Shown: in pieces, positions 17,505-26,654 of the stretch
Layout of the letters: every line of letters begins with the position of its first letter
Numbering within the stretch: position 1 is the first letter of the stretch
Assembly (NCBI RefSeq): GCF_900095195.1
Contig: NZ_LT606950.1
Coordinates: forward strand, 1,099,945-1,131,944
Direction: 5' to 3'
Origin: Polynucleobacter necessarius
Lineage (GTDB): Bacteria; Pseudomonadota; Gammaproteobacteria; Burkholderiales; Burkholderiaceae
Length of the DNA: 32,000 nt
Notes under the pieces: model-generated
What the model was told of the DNA's origin: nothing
Databases searched by the model: none
The model's input: only the letters and a program-made list of their open reading frames with translations
Program-made: the position numbers and the translations under genes

Positions 17505-17917
17505 AAGGGTAAGTTAATTGCTCAGGTATTTGGAATCTACCTCTCTTTCTTGGTCACTCTCATCGCAGTGGATTTGGTGTAGATTCTTGGAATCGCAAAA
17601 AACCTATATCGCCATGAAATGGGGGATTTAATGGCGAGCGACTGAAGTTACTTGCGGGGCTGGCCTTTTATCTTCTTTATGCCTTGGGTGTCTGTATTTT
17701 TGTTATTGCCCCAGCACTTTCAAAACAGTCACTTTCGCACGCCTTGTTATATGGGGCTCTGTTCGGCTTGTTTTGCTATATGACCTATGATCTCACTAAC
17801 CTAGCGGTTATTCGTGACTTTCCTACCAAACTGGCATTCATTGACATTGCTTGGGGCTCTTTAGTTACCGCTTTTTCTGTGGGGCTTGCCTACTGGGTAG
17901 GCAATCGACTCTCTTAA
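17505..17917 (+). pseudogene. DUF2177-family small membrane protein: start lost, in-frame TAG and a frameshift
   Basis: ..LIAQVFGIYLSFLVTLIAVDLV is followed by TAG (17580-17582, at the position where I expect a conserved Trp). The sequence continues ILGIAKNLYRHEMGDLMASD, then shifts frame near 17640 to LKLLAGLAFYLLYALGVCIFVIAP...YDLTNLAVIRDFP... No ATG, GTG or TTG start precedes the first helix. Confidence 0.7.
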
Positions 17918-17924
17918 AACGTAC

Positions 17925-19553
17925 ATGTTCTTTCAACCCAAAATTATTGATTGCTTAAAGTATTATAACCGCGCTTCATTTTTCAATGATGCTGTCGCCG
18001 GTATCACGGTCGGAGTAGTTGCTCTGCCGTTAGCGATGGCTTTTGCCATCGCCAGCAGACTAACTCCAGAAGCGGGAATTTTCACGGCCATCATTGGCGG
18101 CGGCTTGGTTTCATTGCTAGGGGGTAGCCGCGTACTGATTGGCGGACCTGCTGGAGCATTCATTGTCATTGTGTATGGAATTGTGGAGCGCTATGGCGTG
18201 CCAAATCTCTTATTAGCCACAGTAATGTCTGGAATATTTTTGTTGCTCATGGGAGCTTTAAGACTGGGAACATTGGTCAGATTTATTCCAGTTGCGGTCA
18301 TTATTGGTTTTACTAACGGCATTGCCGTATTAATTGGCTTGTCACAAGTAAAGGATTTCTTTGGCTTATCAATCGATAAAATGCCAGCACAATTTTTTCA
18401 AGCAATACAGACGCTTTACCTTGCCGCTAACACTGTAAATCCAGTTGCACTGAGCCTTGCGTGCGGTAGCTTAACGCTCATCCTTCTTTGGAAGATGTTA
18501 CAAAAGCACCTCGGCTGGCTTGGTCATTTACCCGGAACAGTAGTTGCCATGATCAGCGCTACAGTCGTCACCGCACTATTTAATCTTCCCGTTGATACGA
18601 TTGGCACACGATTTGGCGGCATTCCTTCAAGCCTCCCCCATTTTGAATGGGTATCTATCACCTGGGGTACCGCACAGTTCATGATCGCGCCTGCCTTGAC
18701 GTTGGCATTATTGGGCGCTATCGAATCTTTGCTGTGTGCTCGTGTTGCCGATGGCCTCATACATGACCGACACGAATCCAATCAAGAGCTGATGGCACAA
18801 GGAATTGCAAATATTGTGACTCCATTTTTTGGAGGCATGCCAACGACTGGCACGATCGCCCGTACCGTGACAAATATTGAAAGCGGCGCCAACAGCCCAG
18901 CTGCTGGAGCTGTTCATGCACTCACTTTATTACTGGTCGTTTTATTTGCAGCGCCTCTTGCCAAAGACATTCCACTAGCGAGTTTGGCGGCAATCTTGAT
19001 GTATGTCGCTTGGAACATGGGTGAATGGAAAAAATTTATCGATCTCAAGCAATTCCGACTGCCTTATCGGCTAACGATTTTGAGTGTCTTTTTGCTCACC
19101 GTCATTTTAGATCTAACCGTTGCGATTCAAGTCGGCCTGCTTTGCGCATTCATTACATTTATCTATCGCATCTCCAGCTTATCGCGTTGCGAACCTGCAG
19201 ACCCCACACTTTTCCCAGCGCTAAACCCACATCAGGGCCGAATCGATGCCTATCGTATTTATGGCGCCATCTTTTTTGGCGCGGTTAGGCTCTTGGAAAA
19301 GATTGAAGAAAATCTTCCATCACAAACATTGATACTCGATCTAAAAAATGTGATCTACGTAGATACCTCGGGTATGGAAACCATTGCAGAACTCACTCAT
19401 CTTTGCAAAGTCCGTAATATCAAGCTGATCATTTGTGGCTTAGACCACCAACCTTACGAAATGACTCAACGAAGTGCTTATCTGGAAACCATTTCCGCAG
19501 ATTGCCTCTACCCCGATTTAGCCTCAGGGATTGCAGCAGCCACAAATAACTAG
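17925..19553 (+). CDS. SulP-family inorganic anion (sulfate/bicarbonate-type) transporter with a C-terminal STAS domain
   Basis: A 542-aa uninterrupted ORF with the N-terminal motif DAVAGITVGVVALPLAMAFAIAS. The C-terminal STAS-like segment (..ILDLKNVIYVDTSGMETIAEL..) is present. Confidence 0.85.
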   Translation: MFFQPKIIDCLKYYNRASFFNDAVAGITVGVVALPLAMAFAIASRLTPEAGIFTAIIGGGLVSLLGGSRVLIGGPAGAFIVIVYGIVERYGVPNLLLATVMSGIFLLLMGALRLGTLVRFIPVAVIIGFTNGIAVLIGLSQVKDFFGLSIDKMPAQFFQAIQTLYLAANTVNPVALSLACGSLTLILLWKMLQKHLGWLGHLPGTVVAMISATVVTALFNLPVDTIGTRFGGIPSSLPHFEWVSITWGTAQFMIAPALTLALLGAIESLLCARVADGLIHDRHESNQELMAQGIANIVTPFFGGMPTTGTIARTVTNIESGANSPAAGAVHALTLLLVVLFAAPLAKDIPLASLAAILMYVAWNMGEWKKFIDLKQFRLPYRLTILSVFLLTVILDLTVAIQVGLLCAFITFIYRISSLSRCEPADPTLFPALNPHQGRIDAYRIYGAIFFGAVRLLEKIEENLPSQTLILDLKNVIYVDTSGMETIAELTHLCKVRNIKLIICGLDHQPYEMTQRSAYLETISADCLYPDLASGIAAATNN

Positions 19554-19560
19554 AAGAAGT

Positions 19561-20280
19561 TTAAAAAATACAAAAACCGTCTTTGAGTAAAGCCTCTGGC
19601 AATACCCAAGCGCGGTACAAGCCAAATCCACCGGCAATCAAAAGCAGTAAAGCGGCTAAGTAACGCACCAAGAGGTACTGACCAAACTGCGTCAAGGCTG
19701 CAGAAAATTTTGATATTAATAATAAGTTTGGCATCGTGCCTAAACCAAATGCCAACATCAATGCTGCGCCAGTAAATACATCACCCGATAAGAAAGCCAA
19801 TGGCAAAACACTGTAGACCAAACCACAAGGCACCAAACCCCAAAGCATCCCACTAAACCAACGCGAGGGACCACTAGCAAAACGACCAAGATATTTAGCC
19901 CAGTAGCCCGCAATCCGGGAACCCAACCAATTTCCGCCTAAGCGTGACTCTGATGAACCTCGGGTCAGCAATCGAATGCCCATATAAATTAAGAGCAAAG
20001 CTGTCAGCACAAAAAGTCCTCTTTGAATCGGCGATAAGCTCTGCTGCCAAACAACCACTCCAGCCCATGCCGCCAACGCTCCCAAAAGGACATAGGTTGT
20101 TAGGCGTCCTAAATGCATGATGAGCTGAAGATGAAAGAGCTCCGATTTAGGCCTCAATCGAGTTTCGACGGCACTTGGCCGCTCGATGGCAGCAGCAATC
20201 CCGCCGCACATCAGAGCGCAATGCCAACCACTGACCAGCGCACCCAGAAATACTGCCGTGAGAAGGCTAAAAGTCAGCAT
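19561..20280 (-). CDS. DsbD_2-type (PF13386-like) membrane protein, often annotated TauE/SafE-like and commonly linked to cco/fnr loci
   Basis: The GWHCALMCGG motif lies in the first helix, the protein has about 6 TM helices, and it is divergent from fnr. The family assignment is from memory of that motif. Confidence 0.6.
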   Translation of the reverse strand: MLTFSLLTAVFLGALVSGWHCALMCGGIAAAIERPSAVETRLRPKSELFHLQLIMHLGRLTTYVLLGALAAWAGVVVWQQSLSPIQRGLFVLTALLLIYMGIRLLTRGSSESRLGGNWLGSRIAGYWAKYLGRFASGPSRWFSGMLWGLVPCGLVYSVLPLAFLSGDVFTGAALMLAFGLGTMPNLLLISKFSAALTQFGQYLLVRYLAALLLLIAGGFGLYRAWVLPEALLKDGFCIF

Positions 20281-20350
20281 TTTGGGTAAAAAGATTGGGT
20301 AACTTGCGTGTTCACCCTAATAGAATAAACTGTCTGCATAATTACCCTAT

Positions 20351-21121
20351 ATGAATTACAAGCCAACCGATACCCCTACTAGCAAATGCTCAGTTTGTGT
20401 ACTGGGGCAATTTTGTTTGCCAGTTGGTCTGAGCACTGCCGATGTATCCAAAATTGATACCTTAGTAAAAGAACGGGTGCATCTCCAAAAAGGCAAGAGC
20501 CTCTATCGTCATGGTGATCCCTTAAGCTCGGTCTATAGCGTGCGTTTTGGCACACTGAAAACCGAATACTGCCTTCAAGATGATCGCCAGCAGGTGATTG
20601 GCTTTCATCTCCCTGGAGAAATCTTGGGACTCGACGGCATTGGCGAGGGTCACTACCAATCTGACGCCATCGCCCTAGAGGAGAGTGAAGTCTGCATCAT
20701 TCGCTATGAGGCCTTTGAGGACTTAGCAAGGCAGATTCCCGTTTTACAAAATCAGTTTCACAAAATCATGAGTCGTAAACTTACTCAAGATCAACGCCAT
20801 CTCCTTTCGTTGGGAACAATGCGCGCCGAAGAGAGACTAGCAGCATTTTTACTAAGCCTATCGCAACGTTTAGCTGCGCGCGGCTACCTGAATAACGAAT
20901 TTGATATACGCATGAGCCGAGCTGAGATTGGTAGCTACTTAGGCATCCAAATCGAAACAGTGAGCCGTATGCTCTCGCGCTTTGCAGAATCGGGTCTTGT
21001 TCAAATTAAGCAACGTCATGTCAAACTCATTGATATGAATAGGTTATATGAGCTAGCAGGCATTCCGAACCCTGACAGAACAGCCTGTGTCAGCCCTGAA
21101 ATACCGGTAAAACAGGCTTAA
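20351..21121 (+). CDS. fnr: FNR-type oxygen-sensing Crp/Fnr transcription factor
   Basis: The N-terminal Cys cluster is C-x2-C-x5-C (CSVCVLGQFC), with a fourth Cys in ..SEVCIIRY.. The HTH reads RMSRAEIGSYLGIQIETVSRMLSRF and carries the E--SR recognition motif for TTGAT half-sites. Confidence 0.9.
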   Translation: MNYKPTDTPTSKCSVCVLGQFCLPVGLSTADVSKIDTLVKERVHLQKGKSLYRHGDPLSSVYSVRFGTLKTEYCLQDDRQQVIGFHLPGEILGLDGIGEGHYQSDAIALEESEVCIIRYEAFEDLARQIPVLQNQFHKIMSRKLTQDQRHLLSLGTMRAEERLAAFLLSLSQRLAARGYLNNEFDIRMSRAEIGSYLGIQIETVSRMLSRFAESGLVQIKQRHVKLIDMNRLYELAGIPNPDRTACVSPEIPVKQA

Positions 21122-21133
21122 ATCAAACCTCGA

Positions 21134-21379
21134 TCAATCGGGTTTATCATCCGGCGATTCGATTCCTGGAAGGATGTAAGCAGTTAATGCGCTAGACACA
21201 GCACAAAATGTCCAAATGACAAAGAATCCAATGGTGTAAATACCCTCGTCAGAAATTTCTGGGTGGTATCCAAAAAACAGTAAGTCTTGGGGATAAATGA
21301 CGGTAAAGAGCAAGCCCTCTGCCATGCCAGCCACCAAAAAAGATGGCCATAGAATCCAAATCAGGAGACGGTATTTCAT
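21134..21379 (-). CDS. Small two-TM hypothetical membrane protein, last gene of the cco cluster
   Basis: An 81-aa ORF whose ATG overlaps the upstream stop (ATGA at 21376-21379). Hydrophobic segments are LLIWILWPSFLVAGMAEGLLF and IYTIGFFVIWTFCAVSSALTAYIL. Confidence 0.55.
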   Translation of the reverse strand: MKYRLLIWILWPSFLVAGMAEGLLFTVIYPQDLLFFGYHPEISDEGIYTIGFFVIWTFCAVSSALTAYILPGIESPDDKPD

Positions 21380-21594
21380 TTGGAGACCTGCGATTCTTTT
21401 ATTTGCTCTACTTTTAAGCCCTGCTTCACAACACCATCACGTAGTGGCTTATCAGCATGCATATTTACCGCTAGCCAAATAGTAATAATGCAACCGATCA
21501 TCGCCACCGCAGGCCCGCTGATAAGTAACCATGGCCACAACTGCTTCCACCAAGGCTTTGTAGTTTGCTGTTCAGTCATATACATGCTCTCCAT
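21376..21594 (-). CDS. Short FixH-like membrane protein (N-terminal FixH-type helix only)
   Basis: ..TKPWWKQLWPWLLISGPAVAMIGCIITIWLAVNMHADKPL resembles the FixH/CcoH-region N-terminus, and the gene sits directly after ccoG. The start is ambiguous (ATG at 21594, 21585 or 21579; GGAG favours 21579). Confidence 0.55.
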   Translation of the reverse strand: MESMYMTEQQTTKPWWKQLWPWLLISGPAVAMIGCIITIWLAVNMHADKPLRDGVVKQGLKVEQIKESQVSK

Positions 21595-21605
21595 CGCTTA
21601 TCAGC

Positions 21606-23063
21606 TTAACGGGGAATAATGAAAGTGGATTTTTCATCGCGCTCTCTGGTAATCATCTCATTTCCAGAGAGCTCTTGTGCAACCACATCAAAATGTATCG
21701 GATAATTACCCGGCGGATTTACACCAATATCAGTGCTCACCTTAATTGGCATCAGCAAGTTACTCGCCGGAGCGACTTCAATCTCGGTGACTACCTGCCC
21801 TTGAGAATTCAGGATCTTCAAACCATCTAATCCCGTAGCTTTAACCGACACATTCATATTATTTTCGGATGCGTTCATGATCTGAATGCGATAAATATTC
21901 TCAATCCGTACCCCTTCTACCTCACGTGCTAAAGCGCCACGATCTCGCATCACATCGACTCGCAGCGGGTTACGGGTAGCTAGAGAAATCAAGAAAGCAG
22001 AGGCCAAGACAGTAATGAAAGCAGTGTAAATCAATACACGGGGACGCAAAATATGGCGTATGGCACTCTGATTGGATTCACGGTCTTCTACCGCACGCTC
22101 TGTGGTGTAGCGAATCAGACCTTTTGGATAATTTACCTTTTCCATTACCTGATCACAGGCATCAATACAAGCGCCACAGCCAATACACATGTATTGCATG
22201 CCATCCCGAATATCAATACCGGTAGGGCAAACTTGCACACAGATGCTACAATCGACACAGTCGCCCAATCCTAATGCATTGTGATCGGCTGATTTACTGC
22301 GACTGCCTCTTGGCTCACCACGAACTTTGTCATACGTCACCAAGAAAGTATCTTTGTCGACCATCACGCTTTGAAAGCGTGCATAGGGACACATATATTT
22401 ACAAACCTGCTCGCGCATAAAGCCAGCATTTCCCCACGTTGCAAAGCCATAGAAGCATAACCAAAAGGTTTGCCATGGACCGAGGGATAAATGGAGGAGC
22501 GCCGTGCCCAAGGTGCTAATTGGCGTGAAATAGCCAATGAATGTAAAGCCTGTCCAGAAGGCAACTAAGAGCCATAGCGCGTGCTTGGTGATCTTCAGAC
22601 GCCATTTGCATATGCTCCATGGCCACTCTTCACCATCCAAGCGAATACGCGCAAATCGATCACCCTCGACTTTGCGCTCGATCCACATGAAGATTTCGGT
22701 ATAAACCGTTTGAGGGCAGGCATAGCCGCAAAATAAACGGCCAGCGATCGCCGTAAAGAGGAAAAGAGCTAGCGCGGAGAGGATCAATAACAGCGTGAGA
22801 TAAATCACATCTTGCGGCCACAGCACAAGACCAAAGATATAAAACTTACGCTGAATTAAATCAAAAAGTACAGATTGGCGACCATTCCAGCTAAGCCACG
22901 GCAAGCCGTAGAACAATAATTGGGTAGCAAAAACAAGAATGAGTCGCCAACGCGCAAAAAGCCCAGAAACAGAACGGGGGCAAATCTTACGCCGGACCTC
23001 ATAGAGGGATTCCTCTATGACATCAACTGGAACAGGCGTTCCGCCCGGCGTATGAGTTGACAC
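21606..23063 (-). CDS. ccoG: Cytochrome c oxidase accessory protein CcoG (membrane polyferredoxin)
   Basis: The 485-aa ORF has two 4Fe-4S motifs (CVDCSICVQVCP and CIGCGACIDAC), an N-terminal CxxC-type region (CGYACPQ) and TM helices. Confidence 0.9.
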   Translation of the reverse strand: MSTHTPGGTPVPVDVIEESLYEVRRKICPRSVSGLFARWRLILVFATQLLFYGLPWLSWNGRQSVLFDLIQRKFYIFGLVLWPQDVIYLTLLLILSALALFLFTAIAGRLFCGYACPQTVYTEIFMWIERKVEGDRFARIRLDGEEWPWSICKWRLKITKHALWLLVAFWTGFTFIGYFTPISTLGTALLHLSLGPWQTFWLCFYGFATWGNAGFMREQVCKYMCPYARFQSVMVDKDTFLVTYDKVRGEPRGSRSKSADHNALGLGDCVDCSICVQVCPTGIDIRDGMQYMCIGCGACIDACDQVMEKVNYPKGLIRYTTERAVEDRESNQSAIRHILRPRVLIYTAFITVLASAFLISLATRNPLRVDVMRDRGALAREVEGVRIENIYRIQIMNASENNMNVSVKATGLDGLKILNSQGQVVTEIEVAPASNLLMPIKVSTDIGVNPPGNYPIHFDVVAQELSGNEMITRERDEKSTFIIPR

Positions 23064-23085
23064 TAAATGTACCTAACTACAGAAA

Positions 23086-24012
23086 TTACTTCGTTGTTGC
23101 TGGCTGCTTATTGTTCGATAAACCCCACACATAAGCGGTTAACAACTGAATTTTCTCAGGACTTAATACTTTGTCTTGAGCAGGCATTTGAGCCATACGA
23201 CCTTTGGTAACTGTCTCAATAATTGTCGCTTCAGAACCGCCATACAACCACGTTTTATCTGTTAAGTTCGGTACGCCTAGAGCAATATTACCCTTACCAT
23301 CTGGGCCATGACATGCTGCGCAATTGGCTTTAAATACTTCAGCGCCACGCGCAGCCTTGAAATCATCCGCTGGTAAACCAGATAGACTGCGAACATAGTT
23401 AGCAACATCCACAATTTGCTTACTATCCAATTGTGGGAATGGAGGCATTACGCCAGCGCGTCCATTTACGATAGTAGTTTTGATGTTTTCTGGTGACCCA
23501 CCATACAACCAATCACCGTCTGTCAAATTCGGGAAGCCTTTGGCACCACCAGCATCTGAACCATGACATTGTGCGCAAGAGTTCAAGAATAAACGTTGAC
23601 CCATTTCACGTGCTTTTGGATCAGCAGCAACTTGCTCAATGTCCATCTTTACATATTTTGCGTAGACAGGCTTGAGCTCATCGTTGGCCGCCGTCATGGA
23701 CTTCATTAGTGCGCCGTCAGTGCTATAGCCCAAAACACCTGGATAAGAACCCAGTCCTGGGTAAAGAACTAAATAGACTAATCCAAAGATGCAAGAGATT
23801 AAGAACATCCACATCCACCAGCGTGGCAATGGATTATTCAGTTCACGAAGGTCGTCATCCCATACGTGACCAGTATCTGCCACCTCTCCGTCAGGCTTGA
23901 CCTTCACCTTCACTTTGAGTTGAGAAAATAATAACCAGACGCACCAAACAATACCGACCAATGTTACTAGGGCGATATAGGCACTCCAACCGGCACTAAG
24001 AAAATCACTCAT
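23086..24012 (-). CDS. ccoP: cbb3-type cytochrome c oxidase subunit III, dihaem CcoP
   Basis: Two haem c sites (CAQCHG and CAACHG) and an N-terminal TM with the NPLPRWWMWMF motif. Confidence 0.95.
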   Translation of the reverse strand: MSDFLSAGWSAYIALVTLVGIVWCVWLLFSQLKVKVKVKPDGEVADTGHVWDDDLRELNNPLPRWWMWMFLISCIFGLVYLVLYPGLGSYPGVLGYSTDGALMKSMTAANDELKPVYAKYVKMDIEQVAADPKAREMGQRLFLNSCAQCHGSDAGGAKGFPNLTDGDWLYGGSPENIKTTIVNGRAGVMPPFPQLDSKQIVDVANYVRSLSGLPADDFKAARGAEVFKANCAACHGPDGKGNIALGVPNLTDKTWLYGGSEATIIETVTKGRMAQMPAQDKVLSPEKIQLLTAYVWGLSNNKQPATTK

Positions 24013-24176
24013 GATTTATCCTTACTGAATTCATCGGGTAGATCGAACGGAAGTTCGGCGGATTCTTGATTGGCAGGCTGTCTTTTTGCAGACCAAGCCC
24101 ACCAAACGATTCCTAGAAATACAACCAAGCCAAGCACGGTAGAAAGTGCTGAGAGGTGCGGTGCGATATTTTGCAT
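24009..24176 (-). CDS. ccoQ: cbb3-type oxidase small subunit CcoQ (55 aa), not in the supplied ORF track
   Basis: MQNIAPHLSALSTVLGLVVFLGIVWWAWSAKRQPANQESAELPFDLPDEFSKDKS has a single TM and sits between ccoO and ccoP. Its stop overlaps the ccoP ATG (ATGA). Confidence 0.85.
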   Translation of the reverse strand: MQNIAPHLSALSTVLGLVVFLGIVWWAWSAKRQPANQESAELPFDLPDEFSKDKS

Positions 24177-24195
24177 AGTTCCCAATAGCTAAGAA

Positions 24196-24846
24196 TTACT
24201 TAGCTACAACCTCATCAACAACAATATATCTACGGTTCACGCCAAGATCCTGAAGGTATGCGACCAAGGCATCCAATTCAGTCTTGCCTTCCAATTCTTT
24301 TGGCGCATTGGCAATATCTTCATCCGTGTACGGAACGCCTAAACGACGCATTGCAACCATATGCGACTGAATCGTGCTTGCATCAGCAGCATTCTTAGCC
24401 AAATAGGGGTATGCAGGCATATTTGACTCTGGCACCACATCACGCGGATTATTTAAGTGAATTTGATGCCATGCATCGGAGTAACGACCACCAACACGCG
24501 CCAAATCTGGACCTGTACGTTTGCTACCCCACATAAATGGATGGTCGTAAACAGACTCGCCCGCCAATGAATAAGGGCCATAACGCTCTACTTCGGAGCG
24601 CAATGTACGAATCTGCTGTGAGTGGCAACCTAGGCAACCTTCACGTTGATAGATGTCGCGACCAGCTAAACGTAGTGCTGAATATGGCACCACTCCTGGA
24701 CTAGGTTCAGTGGTTGAGTGCTGGAAAAACAATGGCACGAGCTGCACCAAACCTGCGATTGAAATCACGACAATCGTAGTGATGATCAACCAACCAACAT
24801 TACGCTCAAGCGTTTCGTGGGAGAAAAATCGACGTTGTTCTGACAT
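24196..24846 (-). CDS. ccoO: cbb3-type cytochrome c oxidase subunit II, monohaem CcoO
   Basis: The haem site is CLGCHSQ, there is an N-terminal TM, and the length of 216 aa fits. Confidence 0.95.
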   Translation of the reverse strand: MSEQRRFFSHETLERNVGWLIITTIVVISIAGLVQLVPLFFQHSTTEPSPGVVPYSALRLAGRDIYQREGCLGCHSQQIRTLRSEVERYGPYSLAGESVYDHPFMWGSKRTGPDLARVGGRYSDAWHQIHLNNPRDVVPESNMPAYPYLAKNAADASTIQSHMVAMRRLGVPYTDEDIANAPKELEGKTELDALVAYLQDLGVNRRYIVVDEVVAK

Positions 24847-24856
24847 GTTCTTATCC

Positions 24857-26299
24857 TTAGTGAGCGGCGATAGACGCTTGTGGAATAGGAGCGTCTACGA
24901 ATTTTTTGTTAACCACTGTTTTGTAGACGTTGTAAGCCATCAACAACATACCGCTTAAGTAGCACAGGCCGCCTAATAAACGAATGACATAGAAAGGATA
25001 GGTCGCTTTCACTGACTCTACGAAGCTATAAGTCAGAGTACCGTCAGGTTCAAAAGCTCTCCACATCAAGCCCTGCATCACACCAGCAATCCACATAGCA
25101 GCGATATAAATTACTACCCCGATAGTTGCGATCCAGAAATGCAGCTCGATTAACTTAGTACTGTACATATCGCGCTGACCTACTAAACGTGGGATGAGAT
25201 AGTACAAAGAGCCAATTGTGATCATGGCAACCCAACCTAGCGCACCGGAGTGTACGTGACCAATAGTCCAATCGGTGTAGTGAGAGAGGCTATTCACTGT
25301 CTTGATCGACATCATGGAGCCTTCGAAAGTAGACATACCGTAGAAGGACAATGCAACTACCAAGAATTTCAGGATTGGGTCACGGCGCAATTTGTGCCAT
25401 GCGCCAGATAAAGTCATGATGCCGTTGATCATACCGCCCCAGGATGGCGCCAATAAGATCAATGAGAACACCATACCCAATGACTGGGTCCAATCAGGCA
25501 ATGCGGTGTGTTGCAGGTGGTGAGGACCCGCCCACATATAAGTGAAGTTCAATGCCCAAAAGTGAACGATCGATAAGCGATAGGAGTATATCGGACGCTC
25601 CGCTTGCTTCGGAATGAAGTAGTACATCATGCCCAAGAAGCTAGTAGTTAAGAAGAAGCCCACTGCATTATGTCCGTACCACCATTGAATCATGGCATCT
25701 TGTGCGCCAGCATAAGCAGAATATGACTTAAACAAGCTTGCTGGCATTTCAATATTGTTAACAATATGCAATACAGCAATTGTCAAAATATAAGCGCCGA
25801 AGAACCAATTTGAAACGTAGATATGTTTTGTCTTGCGCTTGATCACAGTACCAAAGAAGACAATTGCGTAAGCAACCCAAACGACAGTAATTAAGATGTC
25901 AATTGGCCACTCTAATTCAGAGTACTCTTTTGAAGTAGTAATACCAAGCGGCAAAGTGATGGCAGCAGAAACAATCACAGCTTGCCAACCCCAGAATGTA
26001 AACGCCGCTAACTTGTCACAGAAAAGGCGAACTTGACAGGTTCTTTGCACGATGTAATACGACGTTGCAAACAACGCCGAGCCACCGAACGCAAAAATCA
26101 CAGCATTGGTATGTAACGGACGCAAACGACCATAACTTAACCAAGGGATGTTAAACGTGATTTCAGGCCAAATTAACTGTGCCGCAAGGATGACCCCCAC
26201 GAGCATGCCGACGATTCCCCAAAGTACGGTAACGATGGCAAATTGGCTGATAACCTCGTAATTAAAGGTATCTTGATTACTCCCCACGGTAAGTCCCAT
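24857..26299 (-). CDS. ccoN: cbb3-type cytochrome c oxidase subunit I, CcoN
   Basis: A polytopic haem-copper oxidase subunit (..HNAVGFF.., ..WAGPHHL.., ..[10 protein letters not shown]..). I prefer the ATG at 26299 ([10 protein letters not shown]..), which is preceded by AAGGAGAAACC, over the upstream ATG at 26332. Confidence 0.95.
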   Translation of the reverse strand: MGLTVGSNQDTFNYEVISQFAIVTVLWGIVGMLVGVILAAQLIWPEITFNIPWLSYGRLRPLHTNAVIFAFGGSALFATSYYIVQRTCQVRLFCDKLAAFTFWGWQAVIVSAAITLPLGITTSKEYSELEWPIDILITVVWVAYAIVFFGTVIKRKTKHIYVSNWFFGAYILTIAVLHIVNNIEMPASLFKSYSAYAGAQDAMIQWWYGHNAVGFFLTTSFLGMMYYFIPKQAERPIYSYRLSIVHFWALNFTYMWAGPHHLQHTALPDWTQSLGMVFSLILLAPSWGGMINGIMTLSGAWHKLRRDPILKFLVVALSFYGMSTFEGSMMSIKTVNSLSHYTDWTIGHVHSGALGWVAMITIGSLYYLIPRLVGQRDMYSTKLIELHFWIATIGVVIYIAAMWIAGVMQGLMWRAFEPDGTLTYSFVESVKATYPFYVIRLLGGLCYLSGMLLMAYNVYKTVVNKKFVDAPIPQASIAAH

Positions 26300-26352
26300 G
26301 GTTTCTCCTTTTTTGTGACCAAACAACGACATAATCCAAATAGACTGATTGA

Positions 26353-26358
26353 ATTATC
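26353..26358 (-). promoter_or_regulatory. Predicted -10 hexamer (GATAAT) of the ccoN promoter
   Basis: On the minus strand, GATAAT lies exactly 22 nt after the FNR box. That places it at -12..-7 if the box is centred at -41.5. Confidence 0.6.
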
Positions 26359-26380
26359 GAATTGAGCCCCTAAGGTGGGT

Positions 26381-26394
26381 TTGATCTATATCAA
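26381..26394 (-). promoter_or_regulatory. Perfect FNR/Anr box TTGAT-CTAT-ATCAA upstream of ccoNOQP
   Basis: An exact match to the TTGAT-N4-ATCAA consensus, centred 88 nt upstream of the ccoN ATG. The fnr gene, whose product carries the matching E--SR helix, is in the same window. Confidence 0.85.
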
Positions 26395-26465
26395 AAAAGG
26401 AGGGGTAAAATAATTCTGGTCAGCAAGAAGAACATTGAGTTAAGTTAACTCTATGTTTTTATTTA

Positions 26466-26645
26466 TTATTTTTGTGAGCTATCACTAACTTTTTGTGGCT
26501 TTGGGACATCATCATCCATCAAAATGGACTCGCCTGGACCGCTCAGATCATCGAACTGACCGCTTTTGACTGACCAGCGCAAAATCCATGCCAAAAGTCC
26601 CACCAATAGCAGCGACAGAGGGATCAAAATAAATAGGCTTTCCAT
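26466..26645 (-). CDS. ccoS: cbb3 oxidase maturation protein CcoS/FixS (59 aa), not in the supplied ORF track in this frame
   Basis: MESLFILIPLSLLLVGLLAWILRWSVKSGQFDDLSGPGESILMDDD.. is the typical CcoS sequence (FxWxxKSGQFDDLxGxxxRIL-like). It starts 9 nt after the ccoI stop. Confidence 0.85.
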   Translation of the reverse strand: MESLFILIPLSLLLVGLLAWILRWSVKSGQFDDLSGPGESILMDDDVPKPQKVSDSSQK

Positions 26646-26654
26646 CCCTATAGT

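Noticed and set aside
23896-23916. Hexanucleotide-like repeat encoding (Val-Lys)3 in ccoP (KVKVKVK)
   Set aside because: It is a short, imperfect, in-frame repeat located in the variable linker after the CcoP TM helix. There is no evidence of phase variation.
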